38,913 bases of DNA. It comes from a virus. Its lineage: Duplodnaviria; Caudoviricetes. The translations under genes were made by a program, and so were the position numbers. Below, in pieces: positions 9,762 through 18,312 of this stretch. A model generated the notes under the pieces. The model made no database searches and was not told where the DNA came from. It saw only the letters and a program-made list of their open reading frames with translations. Numbering within the stretch: position 1 is the stretch's first letter; each line of letters opens with the position of its first letter. Where the stretch lies: positions 1 through 38,913 of the IMG/VR virus record IMGVR_UViG_3300020470_000060; one strand, 5' to 3'.

Positions 9762-10026
9762 CGTCAAGTTCTTTCTGCATTTCTGTGAGGGTTTCTGTGA
9801 CATAGGTCTGTACTCCAACTGGGTCTGGTTTCCAATCAGCAGGCATAGGTATATCAGGTAACTCCTCTTGTTCGTACTTATTGACAAACTCTGGTAGAGG
9901 CGACATGATAATACTCTGTTTGCCTTCCTGAATTATCTTGATTGTATGACCTCTTTCTATTAATGTCAAGAGAAAGTCAAGATTTGTTTTAATCTCCTCT
10001 ACAGAGACCTCAATAAGATTGCTCAT
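9736..10026 (-). CDS. Phd/YefM antitoxin-like protein
   Basis: N-terminus IEVSVEEIKTNLDFLLTLIERGHTIKIIQEGKQSIIMSP follows the Phd/YefM pattern (vs..Elk.nl..ll..ve.Ge.i.It..Gkp...l.P); acidic C-terminal tail. Confidence 0.6.
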   Translation of the reverse strand: MSNLIEVSVEEIKTNLDFLLTLIERGHTIKIIQEGKQSIIMSPLPEFVNKYEQEELPDIPMPADWKPDPVGVQTYVTETLTEMQKELDDGHQDVLQ

Positions 10027-10226
10027 CAGTATATAAAGGTAATTTCATTTTCGTTGTCCAAGTACTCTTTCAGGATATCCACAGTCTCTGCGAAACTGTA
10101 TGATCCATCAGAATCAAACTTGTACCTTACTTCTGCCTCATATCCATCCTGATCCCTCAGGGTGATTTTTCTCCTGGGAAAATTTATGAAGGCATGGTCA
10201 ACATAATCGACGATTTCATCAGACAT
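10026..10226 (-). CDS. Hypothetical protein
   Basis: 66 aa; stop/start overlap (TGATG) with the downstream gene. Confidence 0.65.
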   Translation of the reverse strand: MSDEIVDYVDHAFINFPRRKITLRDQDGYEAEVRYKFDSDGSYSFAETVDILKEYLDNENEITFIY

Positions 10227-10233
10227 AGTTTAA

Positions 10234-12999
10234 TTAATTAAGCATGACAGGTAGTCCGAAGACTGAGGTAGGTCCGAGTCCACATCCGAACCATGCGGCA
10301 CCCACACCAGTACTCATGGCTACGACACCAGTAGTTACTTGGTTTATTATAGCACCACTTGCTCCTGTGACAACCTCTCCGATACCTCCTGTAGGAGTTC
10401 CGATCAAAGTGATGTGTGCACCTGCACTGGATCCTACGATTATGTCTGCCATAGCAGATGGCATGGATGTACCTAAGGTCATCCTAACCTGTGCAGGTGG
10501 AGCTGTTCCTGGGAATGGAGTGTCCATTGCCACGTCCACGATAGATCCCTTAACAATACTGAACTGACCAGTAAGGACAGGCATCATCTGGAAAATACCA
10601 ACAATATCAAACCTACCACAATTAAGGAAAGAACTGATCCAGTTCGCTTCATTAATGATCTCACCTGTTGCTTCGTTAGTAATACCACCAGCAGATAGGT
10701 TAATCTCTTGTGCTTTTAGGTTGATTGCCTCAATAGCAGTGAAGTTAAAACGTGCTGCTTGTACCTTCCAGTCACCTTGGAAGTTCCAGTCAGTGTCACC
10801 AGCAGTTGTTCTTACTGATTTAACTTCTCTTTCTCCAACTTCAGTATTAAACTTAGGAGTTGGATGCTCCTTACCATCACCAGCAGCATTCTTTGCTGCC
10901 AATTCATTAAATTTCTTAGCAGTCTGACTAGCAGTCTCTTCTCTTAATGGTGCTGTTGCTTGTGATGCAGCATCAGACGCACTCTTAGATGCATAGTATT
11001 GTGTCTTCTCATCATCACTCATCTTGTCATACTCTTCTGGAGTGACATCTGGTGATGTATAAATCTGATAATCTCCTGCTGCATCTGGTAGATCCTTTTG
11101 ATCATCCCACTTCTGACCACTAGCAAATCCACCATTAGCATCTGTTGCCTTGGCACCAGGACCATTAGACTCATGCTGGTTGATAGATCCAGAGACCTCA
11201 ATGTGATAATCACCCATAACCTTGAGGTAGTAGTCACCCTCAACAGTTACAACCTTATTGTTCTTAACGTTTGTTACTTGGTCACGACCAATAATCTTAG
11301 TTTCATTGTTAGGATTATTGGTATGCTTATTACCTCTCTTATCCTCAAAACTACTTACACCACCAGGACCTTGGATAACTCTCTTCTCCTTACCAGGAGT
11401 AGCATCATTGATCTCTTTAGATCCATTGAGTGCCATCTTAGTTTCCATCAAGAACGGATTAACGTTCTGGAAGAAATTATCAAAGAAGGTACCCTTAGGA
11501 TTTGCCTGACCTGATGGTGGACAACTACTATAGTCTCCTCCACCTGGACCTTGGAGAGCATCATCTATATCCTCGCACTGGGTGGTTCCTAATAGAGGGA
11601 GCCACCCTGTGGCTTTCGGTTTTCGACTCTTCCTACCGCAATCTTTCATCCCCGCTATCAGTGCGAGTATTGCCTTAAGGATCTTAAGGATTGATTTAAA
11701 GTCTAACTTAGTAAAGTCAATAGAGAAGATAGACTGAACACCATCAGCAAGTTCTTTAAGTGCTTTAACGGTGTTAATTGCTGTAATAATAAAATTCGCA
11801 ACCTTATTGATTGCTGACATCGCTTTACAGATGCTGTTCTGAATACCAGACATCATCTTATCAACGGTGTCAAGAATTCTAGACTCCATCTCAGCGATGA
11901 AATCCATTACCTTACTGAATAGGGAGTTCAGGTACGACGATATGTACCCCATTATATTCCCCATTATCATCACCCACTCTGGAGTAGGTTTACAGAATAA
12001 TGCAAATATTAACTGTAGTATCTCACCAATCAGAGTAATAACAACAACAGGTAGGATGTTAGAAAGAACTTGTAGGATCTTATCAATCAACATCTGAATG
12101 ACTCTTGCTGCTAGCTCCTTAAGAGGTGCAAGCATACCACTGATAGCATTAGTCAGGAAGTTAGTAACGTTAGATAACTGGTTGAGTATGTTCTTACCTT
12201 CTATAACTCTACCAGTAATGGTGGACATGAAGTCACCACTAGATGCATTACGTGCTAACCCACCAACCTCAACACCAATCTCAGTGAGCATACGCTTGAG
12301 ATCCTTGGTGAATCCTTCATTAGCAGGTCCTGTAGTACCATCAGCAATACCACCCTCCATAGATGGTGGACCTATGGGGTTAGTGTACACATTAAATGGT
12401 GTTTCTGCTTCACCACGAGAGATTGCACCCTTAGATGCTTCCTCTCCACCAGTAGCACCACCACTTTGTTGACCTTGTGCTTTAACAAATGGTGCACCAC
12501 CTAATGAATCTTGATTATCTTGTCCTTTCTGTTGTGGTGTATCTGTTGCGTTCTGATCAGCAATTTTAGGATCTGCAAAGACAGTCCTTGCCATTTCTTT
12601 AGGAGCACCACGCTCTCTACCACTAGAACCTGAAGAGTTACTGTTCTCAGAGTGACGGAAACCACGGAATGCACCCAAGACACAAGGAAGTTGTGCTTCT
12701 TCACCATCCATGAAGAAACCTAATACTTGTGCACCAGGTTGTAGTTCAGTAGTAGATCCAGCATTCTTAGTCTGGGGTCTATCAGTTGGTAGAAGTACGG
12801 TTGCCCATGGCAAATCCTTAGTGGGTAACTCTTGGAGATACTCGTTCTTACCATCCGAATCGGTCTTAGTACCAGTATACCAACCAATGATACGAACTTT
12901 CACACGTCCCAATTGACTGGGATCCATATGGTCTTCTACTTCACCGATCCACCAGGCGAAACCATCTCTTCCAGCGAAATCAGCTTTTGATCCTAACAT
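10234..12999 (-). CDS. gp5: Baseplate hub / central spike gp5-like protein
   Basis: N-terminal Gp5 OB-fold motifs (WWIGEVED..DP.QLGRVKVRIIGWY, DLPWA, VLGFFMDGEEAQLPCVLG); later beta-helix repeats (VTVEGDYYLKVMGDYHIEVSG). Confidence 0.9.
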   Translation of the reverse strand: MLGSKADFAGRDGFAWWIGEVEDHMDPSQLGRVKVRIIGWYTGTKTDSDGKNEYLQELPTKDLPWATVLLPTDRPQTKNAGSTTELQPGAQVLGFFMDGEEAQLPCVLGAFRGFRHSENSNSSGSSGRERGAPKEMARTVFADPKIADQNATDTPQQKGQDNQDSLGGAPFVKAQGQQSGGATGGEEASKGAISRGEAETPFNVYTNPIGPPSMEGGIADGTTGPANEGFTKDLKRMLTEIGVEVGGLARNASSGDFMSTITGRVIEGKNILNQLSNVTNFLTNAISGMLAPLKELAARVIQMLIDKILQVLSNILPVVVITLIGEILQLIFALFCKPTPEWVMIMGNIMGYISSYLNSLFSKVMDFIAEMESRILDTVDKMMSGIQNSICKAMSAINKVANFIITAINTVKALKELADGVQSIFSIDFTKLDFKSILKILKAILALIAGMKDCGRKSRKPKATGWLPLLGTTQCEDIDDALQGPGGGDYSSCPPSGQANPKGTFFDNFFQNVNPFLMETKMALNGSKEINDATPGKEKRVIQGPGGVSSFEDKRGNKHTNNPNNETKIIGRDQVTNVKNNKVVTVEGDYYLKVMGDYHIEVSGSINQHESNGPGAKATDANGGFASGQKWDDQKDLPDAAGDYQIYTSPDVTPEEYDKMSDDEKTQYYASKSASDAASQATAPLREETASQTAKKFNELAAKNAAGDGKEHPTPKFNTEVGEREVKSVRTTAGDTDWNFQGDWKVQAARFNFTAIEAINLKAQEINLSAGGITNEATGEIINEANWISSFLNCGRFDIVGIFQMMPVLTGQFSIVKGSIVDVAMDTPFPGTAPPAQVRMTLGTSMPSAMADIIVGSSAGAHITLIGTPTGGIGEVVTGASGAIINQVTTGVVAMSTGVGAAWFGCGLGPTSVFGLPVMLN

Positions 13000-13499
13000 T
13001 ATAATGTGTAGTCTAGTTTCCTGCCATTATTTAGTCTAGTAAAGGAAAACATTCCTTCACCCTCCTCCTTACCCCAAGCAAATTTATCATTCCTACAGTA
13101 GTATCCAGTGTCACGTGATAGATACATATCACCATCAAACTGTATATCACTAACAACATACGTGTCACCATCTGGTTTAGGTACAATACATTCACCCTTA
13201 ACACTACCAAACCACCACGTACCAAAGTATCCCCATTGCATCTCACATCCAGGTGTATCTGTCAATAAATTATGTGCTCTGGTATATGCAGTGTCATGTG
13301 TCTGGTAATTAATAGTAATATGATAATGTCTATATGGTTTGTCTTCACCCTCATAATTATACCACTGCTTCAGTTCCAAGACATTAGATTTGATCTTGGT
13401 GTAGAGAATATGAACCTGTGGCCAGTTAGTTGGATTACTATATGCCTGTCGTTTATTATTGTAGTGACCTAGTATTAACTTATCAAATGACATGATCAT
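12999..13499 (-). CDS. cpeT: CpeT/CpcT-family phycobilin lyase (auxiliary metabolic gene)
   Basis: GHYNNKRQAYSNP..WP.VH, PYR, GCEM, SRDTGY and WG...F.FTR motifs of T-type lyases; start may be 13493. Confidence 0.85.
   Translation of the reverse strand: MIMSFDKLILGHYNNKRQAYSNPTNWPQVHILYTKIKSNVLELKQWYNYEGEDKPYRHYHITINYQTHDTAYTRAHNLLTDTPGCEMQWGYFGTWWFGSVKGECIVPKPDGDTYVVSDIQFDGDMYLSRDTGYYCRNDKFAWGKEEGEGMFSFTRLNNGRKLDYTL
13028..13034 (-). promoter_or_regulatory. Late promoter (CTAAATA) for gp5, embedded in the cpeT 3' end
   Basis: About 29 nt upstream of the gp5 ATG; near-consensus. Confidence 0.55.
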
Positions 13500-14091
13500 A
13501 CCACCCTGTAATAATCATTTTTTCTTCATTGGGTGCTGGTATTCCCTTATGGAAATGAGTCCAGTCTGCTGGCCAAAGTAAAGTCAATCCCTTCTTAGGT
13601 CTTACCTTACACTCTTGTTGTTTAAAATATGTCTCTCCACCCTCTTCTATATCATTGAGATATGTCATCCATGCTACCATACGATTGCAGCATTGTGGAT
13701 GTGCGTCTGATCTTTCGCAATGTAATGCATGAAACCCACCACCCTTGGGATACCATTGGATATTAAAATCCGATACCAAATCCCATTTGACATTCTTTAG
13801 TACTGGATAATTCTCACAGTATGCTGTAGTAACATCTGCAAGCTCATCAATATACCTGCATATTCTAGGATCTTTAATGTACCTAGGAATAGTCAGGTCT
13901 CTTGACTCTTTGACTTTTTTATCTGGACCGTTGGCTACACCTGAAGTGTAACCACCTACATGACCATCTTCTTTATTAAGATAGTCACAATCATTCCAAA
14001 AGTCAATCACGCCATCGACCACATTTGGGTCGATTATGCCACCTCCTATAAAACTGTAGGCAGCATCAATATCAATGTATTCACCTATCAT
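13483..14091 (-). CDS. 2OG-Fe(II) oxygenase (prolyl-4-hydroxylase-like)
   Basis: HCE metal motif, WMTYLND..EGGETYF, PKKG..LLWP..WTHFHKG, KMIITGW. Confidence 0.9.
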   Translation of the reverse strand: MIGEYIDIDAAYSFIGGGIIDPNVVDGVIDFWNDCDYLNKEDGHVGGYTSGVANGPDKKVKESRDLTIPRYIKDPRICRYIDELADVTTAYCENYPVLKNVKWDLVSDFNIQWYPKGGGFHALHCERSDAHPQCCNRMVAWMTYLNDIEEGGETYFKQQECKVRPKKGLTLLWPADWTHFHKGIPAPNEEKMIITGWYDHVI

Positions 14092-14369
14092 TCATCGTAT
14101 ACTCTACACTCAAATGCGTCTGGATGGTTGTCACAATATTGATCTAACTGCTTGTCCTGATGTCTTAGATGATAATCATTTATACCTGTCTCAGGCTCAT
14201 CATTCTTATGATACTCTTCGTAGTTAGCTGTTACGTTCTTGAGATCATCTTCAGAATACTCATGTATACCATGATTAGTATGCTCTTTATGATCCTTTGG
14301 ATCAATGTAAACTTCATGATCTAGATCGTGAGTTCGTTTAGCTTGTGGATTTTCTCCGAATTCACTCAT
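14088..14369 (-). CDS. cp12: CP12 Calvin-cycle inhibitor, His-rich variant
   Basis: C-terminal YCDNHPDAFECRVYDE (C-x8-C) signature. Confidence 0.85.
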   Translation of the reverse strand: MSEFGENPQAKRTHDLDHEVYIDPKDHKEHTNHGIHEYSEDDLKNVTANYEEYHKNDEPETGINDYHLRHQDKQLDQYCDNHPDAFECRVYDE

Positions 14370-14391
14370 TGTTCTTTCGCTTTATTCGACA

Positions 14392-14420
14392 ATTATATTT
14401 ATTCTTTAAACCTTTGTCAA
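14392..14420 (-). promoter_or_regulatory. Consensus sigma70 promoter TTGACA-N17-TATAAT with an overlapping late promoter ATAAATA (14396-14402)
   Basis: -35 at 14415-14420, -10 at 14392-14397, spacer exactly 17 nt, directly upstream of cp12. Confidence 0.9.
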
Positions 14421-14422
14421 GC

Positions 14423-16039
14423 TTATGTTGGTAGCGAATCACGACATAAGTAAAGTTCAGTGGTGACACCCTCTTTCCTATAGGTATGCTTAAGTCCTGA
14501 GACCAAATATCTACCAGAGAATTTTTTATCCAACTCTAGTCTACCACTCCTAGTTTCTGATGACTCAGGTATCTTAGTCTTAATAACAGCACCAGCATAC
14601 AATGCTGTGTTACCTGGTATAGTAATATTCATCACATGAGTCTTAAGTAGTGCAAATCGAGCTGCAGCATATGCACCAGCAAGTACTATATTATCGGGAG
14701 CATCATCTGCACCACCATTAGCTGCTTTAGCACTCTGATTCTTATATTTGGGTAGTATCCTAAACTTCGTACGAGTAGGATAATCTTTCTCAAACTTCTC
14801 AATAAGATTCTTATCAAAAGCAAATCCCTTCTCTAGAGTAGAAGCAAGATCAGTTACCTCTCCGATATGCATAACCCTAGGTCCCTGTACGGTTCCTGCA
14901 GGTTTACTCTTCTTCTCTGCTAAAGCTACTTGATTCTGAGACTTACCAAAGTTAAGGTTAGCAGCATACTTTGACCAATCAAATTTACTATCACCATTAG
15001 GACCATAGAAAGTACTAGTACCAGCAGCTTTACTATCAGATAGGTACTTAGAGAACTGTTCTGTAGACAACTGTTTAGAACCAAACTGTCCTGATATAGC
15101 AGCAGTAAACTTATTACCTAACTCTTGGAATCTATCAAACACACCACTACTACTCAAAGCTGGGTTAATAGCAGCACTTTCTGTCATCGCATCTACAACC
15201 ATACCATAAGTAACAGTCTTATATAAACCTGTCCTCATCTTCTCTAAATGATTAGTCCTATCAGGGAATGACAAATCCTCAATATTAGCCCATTGTGTAT
15301 ATGGATCAGCACTACCGATATTCTTCTGTGTATAACTAAAGGTTGCTAGAGACTCTTGCTCACACAAATCATCAATAGATCTCCAATTAAATCCTTGTTT
15401 AGTCTCATAGAATAAGAATCCAGACTGTATTACCTTCTTACCTTTCTTCTTAGATGCCTTACCCTTACCCTGCTTTTTCCTAACAACCTTATCAGAGATA
15501 TATGATATAACATCAACTGGTCTCCAATTAGGAGAAATCATATTCATCGATGTACATTCTTCTAATGCACCAACATGTTTGATCTTATTCTCACATTTGA
15601 GATACTTCTTACACATCTCTTTGACAATATCATGCTTACCAGTCAAAGGACCAAAAGATCCAAACGCTCTGTTCGCTTCATTAAGATATGCCTGTGGTGA
15701 AATACAGTTAATAGTACATACCTTAGCACGTTCATCCTTAATAACATTACTGATCTTATAGATCTGCATATCATATGCAAGGGTTTCACGATCCTTATCA
15801 CTACCACCTAGAGAAGAAGCAAAAGTATTAAAACCAATATGAATCATCTCATCACCAAATAGTGACTCAGCATAGTTCACAGTATCAAGAATAGTAACAT
15901 CTAAACGTACAAATGGTGAATCAATAGACTCATACCATACAAATTCAGCACAGAGATCACGAATATCTTCCTTAGTGTCATCTGCTCTCTGAATGTACAA
16001 GTCAATCAGTTTATATGCTTTAGTGTTATTAACTGTCAT
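14423..16039 (-). CDS. Baseplate hub / tail protein, gp27-like
   Basis: YESIDSPFV, PNWRP, GFLFYET.QGFNWRSID, IPGN..L.AG..I, FSGRYLVSGLKH and T.LYLCRDS motifs; lies between the tape measure genes and gp5. Confidence 0.7.
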   Translation of the reverse strand: MTVNNTKAYKLIDLYIQRADDTKEDIRDLCAEFVWYESIDSPFVRLDVTILDTVNYAESLFGDEMIHIGFNTFASSLGGSDKDRETLAYDMQIYKISNVIKDERAKVCTINCISPQAYLNEANRAFGSFGPLTGKHDIVKEMCKKYLKCENKIKHVGALEECTSMNMISPNWRPVDVISYISDKVVRKKQGKGKASKKKGKKVIQSGFLFYETKQGFNWRSIDDLCEQESLATFSYTQKNIGSADPYTQWANIEDLSFPDRTNHLEKMRTGLYKTVTYGMVVDAMTESAAINPALSSSGVFDRFQELGNKFTAAISGQFGSKQLSTEQFSKYLSDSKAAGTSTFYGPNGDSKFDWSKYAANLNFGKSQNQVALAEKKSKPAGTVQGPRVMHIGEVTDLASTLEKGFAFDKNLIEKFEKDYPTRTKFRILPKYKNQSAKAANGGADDAPDNIVLAGAYAAARFALLKTHVMNITIPGNTALYAGAVIKTKIPESSETRSGRLELDKKFSGRYLVSGLKHTYRKEGVTTELYLCRDSLPT

Positions 16040-18312
16040 TAGTATAATCGAGAAGGTTCAGCGGTGACATCTGCCATCAATCCAAATCTAGCTTGGACAT
16101 ATGGATTAGAAGGAGGTTCATATTCATTAGGTACAAAAATAGGTTCTGGAATTGATTCAGCAGCCGCAGGTGGTGTAGCATCTATAGTTGGTAACTGCAT
16201 AGGTTGTACAGTTACATCTGCTTCATCATCAGCAGCAGCACCCATCTTAAGATCCTCTTTTAAAGCAGCTTCACCTAACGTATTACCACTAGATGCTTGT
16301 TTAGATGGTTTACCACTAAAGAGACCTAAAGGATCCCACCATGCTTTAGAAGGTTGGATAGACTCAACTCCCTCATCACCATCAACTTTCTCCAAATTAG
16401 TGGTCTTATTTGCATTCTTAATACTAACTACTTTTGGTGACCTATAGATCTTACCCTTATTACCATAGTACTCATCATATGACTCAGGACTAGCTTGCCA
16501 AGAAAATGCTGCATTTGATGAAGAATTTGATAATACATCACCACTAGGAAGAACTATACCTATATGTGCCTGTGGCATAGTAGCATGGTTATCGTACATA
16601 ACCATAATATCACCAGCTTGCCTCTTAGCATATTCTATTTCTTTATACTTAGCAGCCTTCATTGCTTTTTCAGCATCAGGAACCCAAAGACTATCACCCC
16701 AAGGTGGTGTCATCCCTGCTTTTTTAAATACTTTATTAACTGCCCATGCACAAGAATTAGCACCACCATCAGGTCCAGTAGCAGTAGACATTCCTTGTAA
16801 TTCTTTTGCTGCTTGACCTAAATTCATCGATGTAGTAGCAGTAGTCGGTTGTTTAAGTTCCCCACCTATCTGCATTTGAGGATAGAATCCTCCCATATCA
16901 AAGGAAGGCATAGCAAAACCACCTCTCTTTGCTTCACCAAGTCTCTTCTTAGTTAAGCTAGGATTAGCTCGGGTGGAGGGAGTGTCAAAGGGCACCACAA
17001 ATGCTCCACCCCTGGATGCTTTGGGAAATCCAACCCACTCTGTTCCATGTCCAATGAAAGAGGTCGAACCACCGCCATCGAGGCTGACGGGATACCCAGA
17101 CTGAGGACCAGTAATCCACCCACCCATGTCCATTGGGAGGAAAGGATTGGACGGTATAACGACTCCACCTTGTTTTTTCTCAGGTAATTTTTCATTCTTC
17201 TTCTTAGATTTGTTCTTATGCTCTATTATTAATTGATCCTCTTCTTTATCAATTTCCTCCAGTCTAATCTGTATCTCTTTGTATCTAGGCATATCAAGAG
17301 CATCCACCCCATGTGCACCAAGTAGAAGATCTATCTCCTCTTCTAAATCTATCTCCTCTTTTACTAATAAACCTCTCTTTGTCTCATACTCAGTATCTGC
17401 TTTTCCTCCCTTAAGCATTGTACCAAATTTATCCGATTCTTCATCATCCTCTCCTCTCAGTGCTTTAAGACCAGTAGCAGCAAGCCAAACAGCACCAGCA
17501 CCTGCTAATAATACAGCAGCAGCTTTAGGTCGTTTAAGAACAAATGCTACAAGACCTTTGAGTAAACTCCATACACCAGTAAAGAGACCCTTCAGCATCG
17601 GTATCAATCTACCTTTCCTAAAGAGACCAATAACTCCTTGTAAAGCAAGAGATACTGTAGCACCTGGAGCAAACAATAATCCCAATGCTGTGAGGAATTT
17701 TACTAAACCAAACAGACCCTCAAATGATACTGGATTCTCTAGGAAATCAGTGATTCCGTCGAGTCCCATATTAACCAGTCCAGTGACTGCCCAGACTATA
17801 AACTTACCAAGAGATGACATGAAGTCAAGAAACTTCTTAACCTTCTTCTGATTCTCTTTCTTACCTAACCAGTTAAAAACAGCATAAGAGACAAAACCTG
17901 TGAATATTGCTTCTAATGCTTTCGCTATACCTTCGAAGAATCCTAAGGCACCTTTAGCAGCTTTAATCAGAGTACCACCAAATCTCCCTAATAGACTTGC
18001 CTTTTGATTATCTTCTGCATCCTGATCCTGCCTCCGATTCATCAACTTCTTGAGGGCATTCTCCTTCTTCTTCCTATCTGCTAATTTCTGATTCTCTATC
18101 TTACCATGCTTCTTAGATATATCCTCTTGCTTACTAATCTGATGCTTAATACCTTTAGCAAAGTTCTTATTCATGTCAGCAGCAATGAATGCGATACTGT
18201 TGATAGTACCGCCAAGACTATTCATTGACTTGACAAGATTACCCATGCCACCAGTACCCTCACCTTTAGGGGGTGTTACCATTTTGTAAAGAGTAGGTCT
18301 TTCTGTTGCCAT
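16039..18312 (-). CDS. Tape-measure-like protein with a C-terminal NlpC/P60-type (Cys-His) peptidoglycan hydrolase domain
   Basis: Helical/hydrophobic N-terminal half; NSCAWAVNKV...AGDIMV...AHIGIV...SNSS papain-like motif order. Confidence 0.7.
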   Translation of the reverse strand: MATERPTLYKMVTPPKGEGTGGMGNLVKSMNSLGGTINSIAFIAADMNKNFAKGIKHQISKQEDISKKHGKIENQKLADRKKKENALKKLMNRRQDQDAEDNQKASLLGRFGGTLIKAAKGALGFFEGIAKALEAIFTGFVSYAVFNWLGKKENQKKVKKFLDFMSSLGKFIVWAVTGLVNMGLDGITDFLENPVSFEGLFGLVKFLTALGLLFAPGATVSLALQGVIGLFRKGRLIPMLKGLFTGVWSLLKGLVAFVLKRPKAAAVLLAGAGAVWLAATGLKALRGEDDEESDKFGTMLKGGKADTEYETKRGLLVKEEIDLEEEIDLLLGAHGVDALDMPRYKEIQIRLEEIDKEEDQLIIEHKNKSKKKNEKLPEKKQGGVVIPSNPFLPMDMGGWITGPQSGYPVSLDGGGSTSFIGHGTEWVGFPKASRGGAFVVPFDTPSTRANPSLTKKRLGEAKRGGFAMPSFDMGGFYPQMQIGGELKQPTTATTSMNLGQAAKELQGMSTATGPDGGANSCAWAVNKVFKKAGMTPPWGDSLWVPDAEKAMKAAKYKEIEYAKRQAGDIMVMYDNHATMPQAHIGIVLPSGDVLSNSSSNAAFSWQASPESYDEYYGNKGKIYRSPKVVSIKNANKTTNLEKVDGDEGVESIQPSKAWWDPLGLFSGKPSKQASSGNTLGEAALKEDLKMGAAADDEADVTVQPMQLPTIDATPPAAAESIPEPIFVPNEYEPPSNPYVQARFGLMADVTAEPSRLY

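Noticed and set aside
9762-9887. N-terminal extension of ORF 9585..9887
   Set aside because: It lies wholly within the Phd-like gene; the ATG at 9761 gives a protein matching its paralogue
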